DNA of 64,000 bases from a virus (lineage: Duplodnaviria; Caudoviricetes), in IMG/VR virus record IMGVR_UViG_2785511464_000001, positions 1-64,000 of that record; one strand, given 5' to 3'. Each line of letters opens with the position of its first letter. Within the stretch, counting starts at the first letter, position 1. The translations under genes were made by a program, and so were the position numbers. Shown one piece after another: positions 9,093-18,232 of this stretch. The notes beneath the pieces are model-generated. The model searched no databases, had not been told where the DNA came from, and saw only the letters and a list, made by a program, of their open reading frames with translations.

Positions 9093-9992
9093 ATGGCACT
9101 GAACCTCAAGAAGAAGAAACCGCAGTCTGCGGCCAAAGATGCGAAATTAATTGCACAGCCCGACGGCGCAGACGAGACCATCGACTTCCGCATCGTTCCC
9201 ATCGACGACATCGAGCCGAACGAGTACAACCCGAACGACATGGAGGCCGAGTTCTTCGAGGCCATCGTGCAGCAGGTGAAAGAGGAAGGCATGAACCAGC
9301 CGATCCTCTGTCGGGCCAATCCCGAGAAGGAAGGCAAGTTCCTGATCGTGGATGGCGAGCATCGCTGGCGCGCGTCCAAGGTGGCCGGCAAGAAGGTGAT
9401 CCCGATCATCGTCGTGCCGTTCGACGCGAAGCAGGCCAAGGTGCGCACGCTGTCGATGAACAACCTTCGCGGCCAGAATATCCCGATCAAGTTGGCCCGG
9501 CTTCTGGTGGACCTCCACAAGGAGTACAGCGCCAACGAAATCCGGGCGATGACCGGTATCGGCGAGGATGAGCAGACCTCCGTCCTCAGCCTCCTGAAGG
9601 TTCCCGACTTCAACCCCTCCGACGGCATCAAGATGACGGCTCAGGACGTCGAACGTCCGATCTCGGTCAGCCTTCTGCTGCTCCCGGACGAGCACACGGC
9701 CTACACCACCGCCATGAAGAAGGCGATGAAGGTCGCTGGCGATGACGTGACGGCGCTGATCGGTCACGAGGTTGCCAGCTACGACAACGCCATGAAGGCG
9801 GCTATGGGGCTGGCCGGCGCGAAGCTCAGGAACGTTGCCCTGGCACTGATCTGCGAGACGTTCAATCAGATGCCCAAGGATCAGCAGGCCGAGATCGCCA
9901 AGGCCGCCCACGCGAAGATTTACGACAAGCTCGCCAATGACGCAGAGGCGAAGGAGACCAAGAAGCAGGCGGCGGCGAAGAAAAGCGGATGA
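9093..9992 (+). CDS. ParB/Srx-like domain protein
   Basis: IEPNEYNPN, QPIL, IVDGEHRWRA, NNLRG. Confidence 0.88.
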   Translation: MALNLKKKKPQSAAKDAKLIAQPDGADETIDFRIVPIDDIEPNEYNPNDMEAEFFEAIVQQVKEEGMNQPILCRANPEKEGKFLIVDGEHRWRASKVAGKKVIPIIVVPFDAKQAKVRTLSMNNLRGQNIPIKLARLLVDLHKEYSANEIRAMTGIGEDEQTSVLSLLKVPDFNPSDGIKMTAQDVERPISVSLLLLPDEHTAYTTAMKKAMKVAGDDVTALIGHEVASYDNAMKAAMGLAGAKLRNVALALICETFNQMPKDQQAEIAKAAHAKIYDKLANDAEAKETKKQAAAKKSG

Positions 9993-10624
9993 CGAAGATC
10001 AAGATCAGGAAGAAGCGCGTCGGTCTCAAGAAGGTCAAGCAACGCCTTCCCGTGGAGGAGCGCGCCACCCTTCCTGATTGGGTCGATGTCCCGGAAGCCC
10101 CCACCTACGACCGTCGGAGTGGCGAAGCCCAAGAGTATGATGAGCAGCAGGTTGCTCGGGTCGAGCTCATGATGATGAAGGGTGTGCGCAGCAAGCGTCA
10201 GCTGATGGCTATGCTCGACATCACCGACGGTCGTGCGATGGATCGCTACATACGGCGCATCCACGCACGCTGGGAAATGGTGGGCACGACCCAGGAGTTT
10301 GCCCGACACCGGGGGGAGGGCTTAGCGCGCCTCGACCTGATCGAAAGCGAACTCTGGTCTCGCCTGTCGCAGCTGGAGCAGAAGGCAACACCGCAGGCAC
10401 CCTTGGGTTACCTGAGCGCCATCATGCGGGTCCACGAGCTTCGCTCGGAGCTGCTTGGTCTCACGCCGAAGGTGATCGCGCACATCGGGACGTCCGACGA
10501 CGGCGGATCGGACTTCGCTCGCCGGCTTGCTCAGCACGACCGCCTCACACAACTCGCTGCCCGCATGTCCGCGATGGTGGAAGAACGAATGAAGGTCATC
10601 GATCATGGCGGGGAAACCACGTAA
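9989..10624 (+). CDS. terS: Probable terminase small subunit
   Basis: HTH-like N-terminus, helical body ending R..LLGL; overlaps the start of terL. Confidence 0.6.
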   Translation: MTKIKIRKKRVGLKKVKQRLPVEERATLPDWVDVPEAPTYDRRSGEAQEYDEQQVARVELMMMKGVRSKRQLMAMLDITDGRAMDRYIRRIHARWEMVGTTQEFARHRGEGLARLDLIESELWSRLSQLEQKATPQAPLGYLSAIMRVHELRSELLGLTPKVIAHIGTSDDGGSDFARRLAQHDRLTQLAARMSAMVEERMKVIDHGGETT

Positions 10625-12485
10625 CGTTCCGCAGCGCGTGCTCGATGAGGTCGCGCAGGAGCTGCTGGCCGAGGTGGCGAACGACTATCCCGAAGACCTA
10701 GAGGTCGTGATGTCGTTCCTGTCAGAGGCCGCGCGCAGCCCTGATGCATTCAAGCGCTTGGTTCGGTTCAAGCACGAGCCGGTCGGTCCACGCGAGTTTG
10801 TCGAGGGCAAGGAGTTCATGGGAAAACCGACGGCCCTGTGGCCGTTGGTCATGCGTGAGTTCGAAGAACTCAACAGCGGCAGGTACACCGAAAGCGTGCT
10901 CACGGGCGGTATTGGCGTCGGGAAGACGCACCTGGCCTTGTACACGCAGGCTTATCAGCTCTACCTCCTGTCCTGCATGCGTGACCCTCACGCGGAGTTC
11001 GATCTGGACCCCACGTCCGAGATCGTGATCATCTTCCAGTCGCTCAACAAGCAGCTGGCCGAAGGCGTCGATTACACGCGATTCCGCGCGATGATCGAGA
11101 GCGCCCCTTATTTCAAGAAGCACTTCGCATTCGACACCGACATCACCAGCGAGATGCGCTTTCCGAAACGGATCATCGTCAAGGCGATCACGGGTCAGGA
11201 TACAGGCGCGATTGGTCAGAACGTGATCGGCGGCCTGATTGACGAAGTGAACTTCATGGCCGTGACCGAGAAGTCGAAGCTGTCGAAGGACGGCGAGGTC
11301 CACGATCAGGCCGTCAAGAATTACAACTCGATTGCACGACGCCGCGAGAGCCGCTTCATGCAGCTCGGCGCACTGCCGGGCATGCTTTGCCTTGTCTCCT
11401 CCAGAAACTATCCGGGCCAGTTCACCGACAAGAAGGAGGAAGAGGCCCGGACGAACCCGCGCATCTTCATCTACGACAAGAGGACTTGGGAGGTCCGACC
11501 CGAGAAGTTCACGAGCGAAAGGTTCCGGGTCTTTGTCGGGGACGCAACCCGGAAGCCGTATATCCTCACCGACGACACAGACGTCGCGATGCAGGATGAG
11601 CACTTGGTGGTGGACGTCCCCACGGAGTACCGGCACCAGTTCGAGACCGATCTGCTGGCCGCGCTGCGGGACGTGGCCGGCGTGGCTACCCTGGCGCTGC
11701 ATCCGTTCATGCACAACACCGAAGCCGTGACCTCTTGCTTCGGCACCGTTGAGTCCATCGGGTCGCGGGAAGACGTGGACTTCGTGGCCACCAAGCTGAA
11801 GCTATACCCCAAGAGGATCGCGAACCCGCAGGAGCCCCGACTGGCGCACGTCGATCTGGCGTACTCGAAGGACAGTGCCGGCGTCAGCATCGGCCATGTC
11901 GTAGGCTTCAAGGAGTGTAGCCGGGGCGATTACGTCGAGACCCTGCCGATCATCCGCTTCGACCTCGTGCTTGAGGTGAAGGTGCCTCGGGGCGGGGAGA
12001 TCGAGCTGTCGAACATCAGAAAGCTGCTTTACACGCTGCGGGACAAGATGGGGCTCCCAATCAAGTGGGTCAGCTTCGACGGGTTCCAGAGCCGAGACAG
12101 CATGCAAATCCTCTACCAGCAGGGTTTCGTGGTGCATTACCAGTCGATGGACAAGGACACCGACGCGTACGACTTCACCAAGCTTGCGTTCATGGACGGG
12201 CGCGTGCAGGCTCCGGCCCACCCGAAGGCCATGCGTGAAATGATCACCCTGGAGATCAACACCAAGGATCGCGTCATCGACCACCCGCCGCACGGCTCCA
12301 AGGACGTGGCCGACAGTATGGCCGGCGTCGTCTACGGTCTCACGATCCTCCGGGAAATCTGGCTCCGCTACAACATTCCCATGCAGAAGGTGCCGCGTCT
12401 GGTTCAGAACAGTAACGAACCCAAGTCCGCCACGAAGATCAAGAAGGGGGCCGGGGTCGATTTCGACGGGATGATCGATGAATAG
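10605..12485 (+). CDS. terL: Terminase large subunit
   Basis: Walker A GGIGVGKT, Walker B GLIDE, nuclease motifs HVDLA, FDGFQS, DHPPHGSKDVAD. Confidence 0.88.
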   Translation: MAGKPRNVPQRVLDEVAQELLAEVANDYPEDLEVVMSFLSEAARSPDAFKRLVRFKHEPVGPREFVEGKEFMGKPTALWPLVMREFEELNSGRYTESVLTGGIGVGKTHLALYTQAYQLYLLSCMRDPHAEFDLDPTSEIVIIFQSLNKQLAEGVDYTRFRAMIESAPYFKKHFAFDTDITSEMRFPKRIIVKAITGQDTGAIGQNVIGGLIDEVNFMAVTEKSKLSKDGEVHDQAVKNYNSIARRRESRFMQLGALPGMLCLVSSRNYPGQFTDKKEEEARTNPRIFIYDKRTWEVRPEKFTSERFRVFVGDATRKPYILTDDTDVAMQDEHLVVDVPTEYRHQFETDLLAALRDVAGVATLALHPFMHNTEAVTSCFGTVESIGSREDVDFVATKLKLYPKRIANPQEPRLAHVDLAYSKDSAGVSIGHVVGFKECSRGDYVETLPIIRFDLVLEVKVPRGGEIELSNIRKLLYTLRDKMGLPIKWVSFDGFQSRDSMQILYQQGFVVHYQSMDKDTDAYDFTKLAFMDGRVQAPAHPKAMREMITLEINTKDRVIDHPPHGSKDVADSMAGVVYGLTILREIWLRYNIPMQKVPRLVQNSNEPKSATKIKKGAGVDFDGMIDE

Positions 12486-12640
12486 CTACAGATCGTGGAG
12501 TGACACTGCCCTCCGGGGCTTTGAAGACGAATTGGATCGCCGAGGCATACGCTTCATCACCAAGAAGTTCACGGTGACCACCGAACAGAATGTAGACGCC
12601 CTCGCCGCCGAGTGGGGCCTAACGAGGAAAGACCATAAGA

Positions 12641-13147
12641 ATGACCGCCGCAGGAATAGAAGAGCTTAGGGAACGCGACCAGCTGGTTGTCGAGGCCGCG
12701 CTGCCCGCCCACATGATGTACCTCATGGTCGAGGAGTGCCAGAAAATTGGGGTGGAGCTTCGCGCCGACGTGCAGGAGAAACTGAACCTTGCCGCCGTGG
12801 CTCCTCTCACACGACTGGACGAACTCTCGGTGTCCCGGACGGCCAAAAGGATCGACGAGCTGGCCCGGACACTTCTTCACGACCTGTCCCCGGACGACCC
12901 CCGCGACGGGCTCTATTCGTGCGCGATGTTCTGTCTGACCCTCGTGGACGAAGGGTTCCTGCATGACCGCACCAATCAGGCGGTGCTGGTCTCCCTGCTG
13001 CTGATGTCCGACCTGGAGGACGACCGGAAGGACGAGGCGGGGGAGGAGGCTGTGTGGCGCATGACGCAGGCTCGATGGAAGAGCGCCGCCGGGAAACTGC
13101 ATGTTCGGGCAGCCCTGCAGGGGGTCTACAATATCCGGCGACATTAG
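12641..13147 (+). CDS. Hypothetical protein
   Basis: Co-directional ORF with phage-like codon use. Confidence 0.6.
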   Translation: MTAAGIEELRERDQLVVEAALPAHMMYLMVEECQKIGVELRADVQEKLNLAAVAPLTRLDELSVSRTAKRIDELARTLLHDLSPDDPRDGLYSCAMFCLTLVDEGFLHDRTNQAVLVSLLLMSDLEDDRKDEAGEEAVWRMTQARWKSAAGKLHVRAALQGVYNIRRH

Positions 13148-13148
13148 G

Positions 13149-13198
13149 TGCAATTAATTGCACATTTTCCTTGATCGGGAGCGGCCAAATGCTAGGAT
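13149..13198 (+). promoter_or_regulatory. Palindrome plus promoter for the PPDK operon
   Basis: Palindrome 13149-13162, 8 bp, TTGATC-N16-TAGGAT. Confidence 0.65.
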
Positions 13199-13230
13199 GA
13201 ATTGAGCCACACCGAACCAAGGAGGGTTGC

Positions 13231-15222
13231 GTGGATAAGCGAATTTTCAGGTTCTCCCAGAACCATTGCGATTGGGCCGGCGACGATGCGGATGCCAAGA
13301 AAATCCTTGGCGGCAAAGGTGCCGGCCTCGTGCAGATGTGTCGTGCAGACATGCCTGTCCCGCCGGGCTTCACGATCACCACGGAAGTCTGCAACGTCTT
13401 TCTGGCCATCGACCCGGAGCAGGGCAGCATCGGCACGAAGGACGAGTTCCTTGACCACCTCATGCAGGGCGTTGCGGAGCATGACCAGTGGCTGAGCACC
13501 GAGTTCGGGTTCACGCCCCTCGTGTCCGTGCGCTCAGGCGCACCGATCTCGATGCCCGGTATGATGGATACGATCCTGAATGTCGGCCTGACGGACGAGA
13601 CGCTTCCCGAATGGGAGGATCGCATCGGACAGCGCGCCGCGCTCGACAGCTATCGCCGCCTCATCCAGATGCTCGGAGCCACGGCCTATGGCGTCCCCAT
13701 GCCGCTGTTTGACGAGCACCTTGAGGACATCAAAGAGACCGCCGGGGTCTCCGACGACAAGGAGCTGACCGTTACGGACCTCCAAGAGCTCATCGAGTGC
13801 TACAAGATGGTGTTTCAGGCGGTCGTGCAGCATGCGTTTCCGCAGAGTCGCACAGAGCAGCTGCGCGCCGCCGTGCGGGCCGTGTTCGATAGTTGGATGA
13901 ATGAGCGCGCCATCGAATACCGGAAGCTCAATCAGATCGACGGGGCGATGGGCACCGCCGTGAATATTCAGGCGATGGTCTTCGGCAACATGGGTGACGA
14001 TAGCGGGTCAGGCGTGGCGTTCACCCGAGACCCTTCGACGGGCGAGAACCACACGATGGGCGAGTACCTGCACAACGCGCAGGGTGAGGACGTGGTGGCG
14101 GGTATCCGAACACCGTACTCGCTGGACGAACTCTTTGAGACGAAGAGCCCGCCGTGGGCCACGGAGTTCTGTACGCTGTGCTCCGATCTGGAAGATATGT
14201 ACGACGACATGGTTGACTTGGAGTTCACCGTTCAGCAGGGCAAGCTGTGGTTGCTCCAGAGCCGAGTTGGGAAGCGCTCCGCGCGCGCCGCCTTCAAGAT
14301 CGCCGCCGATCTGGTGGAGGAAGGTGTGATCGACAGGGGTGTGGCCCGGTCCCGGCTGACGGCACAGCAGTTCAAGACGGTGCGCAGGCCGACGATTGAC
14401 CCGTCGTTTGACGTGCCCCCGGCGCTCGTTGGACTGCCTGCGTGCCCCGGCGTCGTGACAGGCGTGCCCGTTCTCTCGTCGAAGGATGCAATTAATTGCA
14501 ATGAACCGTGCATCCTGATCACCAACGAGACGACGCCAGACGACATCGGAGGCATGAACGCCGCCGTGGGCGTGCTGACGAAGACTGGTGGTGCCACCAG
14601 CCACGCGGCAGTCGTTGCTCGGGCGATGGACAAGGCTTGTGTGGTTGGTTGCACCGGGCTCGATATTCTTGGCGACTGGACGGACGTGACGAAGGTCACA
14701 ATCGACGGGGCGACCGGCAGAGTCTGGTTCAATGTCGATGTTCCCGTGATCGACAGTTCCGATGCAAAGGAAGTCGCCACCGTGATGGGGTGGTGTATGG
14801 AGGTTCTGGGCTGCTGTGAGGCGGCAGTGGTCGATCTTGGCGCAGACAAGCCGCACACGATCATGGCCGCACACTGGTGGGGCAACGAAGATGTTCTGAA
14901 CGCAGTCCTTGACGGAATTGCCGAGCTGCCGAGCAGGCAGCACGTCACGCTCGACACGCGGTCGCCGAACGATCTGGCACCGTTCTGTGACTACATGCTG
15001 GCGGACTGCTTCGGCGAAACTGCGCCCGATCATGAGTTCAAGGAGGTCATAATCAGTGTTCTGAAGCAGAGGAGCAAAGAGCTGAAGGGACTGTCCCTCG
15101 CACCGTGGGAGGATATGCCGGAGCTCTACTCTGAAGGGTTCACGCCCGCTGGCGCAGGGTCGCAACACGTACCATTGGCCGTGCCCGCTGACTATGCCGC
15201 CTTCTCCGTTCTGGGTCGGTGA
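13231..15222 (+). CDS. PPDK-like dikinase with ATP-grasp and phospho-His domains but no pyruvate-binding barrel
   Basis: LGGKG, VSVRSGA..SMPGMMDT, QAMVFGN, GEDVVAG, DLEFT, LQSR, GGATSHAAVVAR; 663 aa, with only about 160 aa after the His domain. Confidence 0.9.
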   Translation: MDKRIFRFSQNHCDWAGDDADAKKILGGKGAGLVQMCRADMPVPPGFTITTEVCNVFLAIDPEQGSIGTKDEFLDHLMQGVAEHDQWLSTEFGFTPLVSVRSGAPISMPGMMDTILNVGLTDETLPEWEDRIGQRAALDSYRRLIQMLGATAYGVPMPLFDEHLEDIKETAGVSDDKELTVTDLQELIECYKMVFQAVVQHAFPQSRTEQLRAAVRAVFDSWMNERAIEYRKLNQIDGAMGTAVNIQAMVFGNMGDDSGSGVAFTRDPSTGENHTMGEYLHNAQGEDVVAGIRTPYSLDELFETKSPPWATEFCTLCSDLEDMYDDMVDLEFTVQQGKLWLLQSRVGKRSARAAFKIAADLVEEGVIDRGVARSRLTAQQFKTVRRPTIDPSFDVPPALVGLPACPGVVTGVPVLSSKDAINCNEPCILITNETTPDDIGGMNAAVGVLTKTGGATSHAAVVARAMDKACVVGCTGLDILGDWTDVTKVTIDGATGRVWFNVDVPVIDSSDAKEVATVMGWCMEVLGCCEAAVVDLGADKPHTIMAAHWWGNEDVLNAVLDGIAELPSRQHVTLDTRSPNDLAPFCDYMLADCFGETAPDHEFKEVIISVLKQRSKELKGLSLAPWEDMPELYSEGFTPAGAGSQHVPLAVPADYAAFSVLGR

Positions 15223-15253
15223 AGTAGACTCAGGCAAAACAGGAGAAGAACCC

Positions 15254-15559
15254 ATGCCCCTTGTGTTGAGCCTTCGCGAAGGCGACGATTTTTACGTTTC
15301 CGAGCAGCAGTTCTCGGTGGACCGCATCTACGACGAGACCAGCTTCGATCTGGTTCGGGGTGACGCCGCCGGGGAGGTGTCCGAGCCGATTGCGGTGACC
15401 GAGCTGCAGGCCGTGGAGATCATGCCCGACGTGTTCGTGTCGGCGGGAAATCTGTTCCAGAAGGGGATCATTCGGGCGGTTATCGACGCGCCGCGAGACA
15501 TGCTGATCTTGCGCGGCGACAAGTACAGATCGCAGGAGACCAGCGGTGACCATTCGTAA
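15254..15559 (+). CDS. CsrA-like protein
   Basis: MPLVLSLREGD...IRAVIDAPRDMLILRGD mirrors CsrA MLILTRRVGE...VRIGVNAPKEVSVHREE, with an insertion. Confidence 0.5.
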   Translation: MPLVLSLREGDDFYVSEQQFSVDRIYDETSFDLVRGDAAGEVSEPIAVTELQAVEIMPDVFVSAGNLFQKGIIRAVIDAPRDMLILRGDKYRSQETSGDHS

Positions 15560-15758
15560 CTATGAAGTGAGCGCCCACGCCATCGAGCGGGGCCGAGGGC
15601 ATGGGCTCTGGGGCGACACGGAGAAGAGACTTCGCCGGATGGCGCGGCGCGCGGCCCCCGTGACATCGGAGCACGGAAACCGGCGGTTCAATGATTGGAT
15701 CATGCTTGTGAAGGACGGCACGATCCAGAGCGTAACCCGGCTCTTCGAGAGTCGGTGA
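15546..15758 (+). CDS. Small hypothetical protein (S.HA.ER motif, DUF4258-like)
   Basis: VSAHAIER; overlaps the upstream stop. Confidence 0.45.
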   Translation: MTIRNYEVSAHAIERGRGHGLWGDTEKRLRRMARRAAPVTSEHGNRRFNDWIMLVKDGTIQSVTRLFESR

Positions 15759-15786
15759 CACCAAACCTAATGGCAAGGAGGCCAGC

Positions 15787-16290
15787 ATGATCAATCGTCT
15801 CAAACCGAACGGCAAGCTCCCCATCCAGCTCGGGTGGAAGCACGCCAAGCTGAAACTCGACATCACCGGGGGGCCGTTCGACGCATACCCCACGTTCAGT
15901 TCTTACGACACCTTCGGTGTTTGCGTCCGTGCCGAGCAGGTGCCGGCGTCCCTCGTTGACGTAAATCTGGCCATTTCGGACTTCTCCGTGCCTCGGGACG
16001 CGATCCGCACGGGGAAAGCCATCCGGGATACCATGCAGGCGGCGCTGGACGGCAAGAGGGTCTATATCGGCTGCATGGGCGGCTGGGGCCGTACGGGTCT
16101 GTTCATGGCTCTGATCGCCAAGGCCGCAGGGATCAAGAACCCGGTCGAGTTCGTCCGCGAGACCTACACGCCCAAAGCCGTCGAGACGCGGGAGCAGCAG
16201 CTGTACGTGGACACCTTCGACGTCGAAGAAATTCAGAAATGGCTGGTCGTAGCGGCCTGGCGGGCGCGGTTCCGGCGGCTGTTTAGCTGA
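15787..16290 (+). CDS. PTP / dual-specificity phosphatase (CX5R), copy 1
   Basis: ISDFSVP acid loop, GCMGGWGRTG, AVETREQ. Confidence 0.85.
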   Translation: MINRLKPNGKLPIQLGWKHAKLKLDITGGPFDAYPTFSSYDTFGVCVRAEQVPASLVDVNLAISDFSVPRDAIRTGKAIRDTMQAALDGKRVYIGCMGGWGRTGLFMALIAKAAGIKNPVEFVRETYTPKAVETREQQLYVDTFDVEEIQKWLVVAAWRARFRRLFS

Positions 16291-16300
16291 TCCGATTTCG

Positions 16301-16350
16301 TGCAATTAATTGCAAAATCTGGTTGCTCCCATGTGGCAATAAGGTAGGAT
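16301..16350 (+). promoter_or_regulatory. Palindrome plus promoter
   Basis: Palindrome 16301-16314, 8 bp, TTGCTC-N16-TAGGAT. Confidence 0.65.
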
Positions 16351-16380
16351 CATGGGAGTAGCCAATACGCACCAAGGAGG

Positions 16381-17460
16381 GTGATCGTGGCCCTGACAGA
16401 CCCGGAAGACACTCTTGCATATCATCAGAGCCGTGTTCTGACCGCGCACCGTGACATGAGCAGCGTTCCTCTGCCCACTGTGGCGGATCGGATCGAAAAA
16501 TACCTTGTGGCTTCTGCGGAGCCAAAGGCCGTGCCGGAGACCGAGGCGCTGTGGTTCTATGGAATGAACCATGCCGTGGCCACGATACAGTCCCGGCGCG
16601 CGCCGCTGGAACCTCTCGACGAATGGGAGCTGTCTTTCGTCCGGGGGTATCACGAGTTGATGGGGGAGAAGGCCGTTCGGGCATTCTACTACCTGATGCT
16701 GATCTGCACCCGTGAGAGCCGGCATAACAAGTCGCTGATAGGCGATCTCCCCTACATCAAGCAGAAGTTCGGAGCCCCGGTCGCATCGTTCCTGCAGTCG
16801 GTGAACGGCGGCGAGTCCGGCATCCACAAAGCGCTGGTGACGACCCCGCCGCAGACGACACTCGGAAACTACGTCGAGTGCCTCCGGTGGCAGTTCTATA
16901 ATAGCAAGTGGCATTCCGGTTACGGCGGGAAGGCGTGGGGGCAGGTGACCGATTGCCTCGCCCGGTTCGTGAGCGGCGAGTTCACCGCAGAAATGATGCT
17001 CGATACGGTGTGGACGCTGAGCCACAATAACGGGCCGATCTTTAACAAGGGGCTGTGCTACCAACACTATCACGCACCGTCGCTGATCCGCATCCTCGAC
17101 ATACAGCGTTCGGGCCAGATACCCGAGGCCATTCTGCACGACCCCGTGGCCGCAAAGTACAGCACGCCGATCATGCGGCAGCGGATGGACGCACTGGCCG
17201 AGAGGGTGCCCGAGATCGGGTCGTTTGTTGATTGGGTCGTCGTCGAAGCCCTCGGCTCGGTGCAGAGTTACGCGGCGGACATCAAGAAGCAGACGCAGAC
17301 GCACGGCATCTCGGAGGCGGGGAAGCACCTGAACTCGTTGAAGGCGGCAAAAATCCTAGCCGAGATCGAGAAGGCCGCGCAGGAGGACGCCGAGTTTAGC
17401 AAGAAGTGGCTGACGATCATGCCCGACGTCCACGTCGAGAAAATTCAGAGAGCAGCCTGA
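16381..17460 (+). CDS. Enzyme-like hypothetical protein
   Basis: Motif-rich (ICTRESRH, GYGGKAW, DTVWTLSHNNGPIFNKG); strong SD; start may be GTG 16387. Confidence 0.7.
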   Translation: MIVALTDPEDTLAYHQSRVLTAHRDMSSVPLPTVADRIEKYLVASAEPKAVPETEALWFYGMNHAVATIQSRRAPLEPLDEWELSFVRGYHELMGEKAVRAFYYLMLICTRESRHNKSLIGDLPYIKQKFGAPVASFLQSVNGGESGIHKALVTTPPQTTLGNYVECLRWQFYNSKWHSGYGGKAWGQVTDCLARFVSGEFTAEMMLDTVWTLSHNNGPIFNKGLCYQHYHAPSLIRILDIQRSGQIPEAILHDPVAAKYSTPIMRQRMDALAERVPEIGSFVDWVVVEALGSVQSYAADIKKQTQTHGISEAGKHLNSLKAAKILAEIEKAAQEDAEFSKKWLTIMPDVHVEKIQRAA

Positions 17461-17475
17461 GCCAAGGAGGGCGGT

Positions 17476-18149
17476 ATGTCCAAAGTAAAGAACATCGACG
17501 ATTACCTGTATGGGGACCGTCACAGCGCGCGGAAGATCAAGGCGGGGAACCACACTGTCTATGACGCCTCCGGGGGCACAGCGGCTACGGAAAGCGCTGC
17601 TACCATAGCCACCCACCCCTGAAGCTTCCGGGGAGCGACTTGGTGATTTACGGGGGCAGCTGCCTGAACCCGGCGGTCACGGATGCCGACATCTACATCG
17701 GGTTTGACTCCGGCATGAGCTTCACGCCACGGCAGTTCCCGTGGACCGAAGGCCACGAGTTGTTGTTCAAGATACAGGACATGGGCACTCCGAATAACGT
17801 CGATCAGTTCCGCCAGCTTATCGACTGGACGTACCAGCAGCTGCAGGAGGGGAAGAAAGTCCACTGTGGTTGCATTGGCGGGCACGGGCGGACAGGGACG
17901 TTTCTCGCTGCCCTGGTGTCTCTTTGTGGCGAGAAGGACGCCGTGTCCTATGTCCGGGAGAACTACTGCCACAAGGCAGTCGAGAGCCGCCCCCAGATCG
18001 AGTTCCTGTCCAAGCACTTCGGGATCAAACCTGCCAAGGGATCGAAGTCCACGGGCGGCTCCGCGTACGGCAGTAAAGTCTCGACGGCCCTGAAAGAAAG
18101 GACGTTTCCGCCCATCAGGAACAACGGCTGCATCTGGGACGAACTGTGA
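17476..18149 (+). CDS. PTP / dual-specificity phosphatase (CX5R), copy 2; apparent frameshift at the G5 run 17572-17576
   Basis: IQDMGTP, HCGCIGGHGRTG, KAVES..Q; the SD-led ATG at 17476 is in a different frame from the catalytic ORF. Confidence 0.8.
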
Positions 18150-18196
18150 AATTAATTGCACTTTTCCCTTGCTTGGGAGCCCCCGGAAGGTAGAAT
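18147..18196 (+). promoter_or_regulatory. Palindrome plus promoter
   Basis: Variant 18147-18160, 8 bp, TTGCTT-N16-TAGAAT. Confidence 0.65.
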
Positions 18197-18232
18197 GATG
18201 GCAAGGATACAGAGGACAACAAGGAGGTTGCG

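Noticed and set aside
13231-15222. ppdK as a central-carbon auxiliary metabolic gene, or a pseudogene
   Set aside because: The pyruvate-binding barrel is absent, yet the ORF is uninterrupted, keeps its catalytic motifs and has its own promoter and SD
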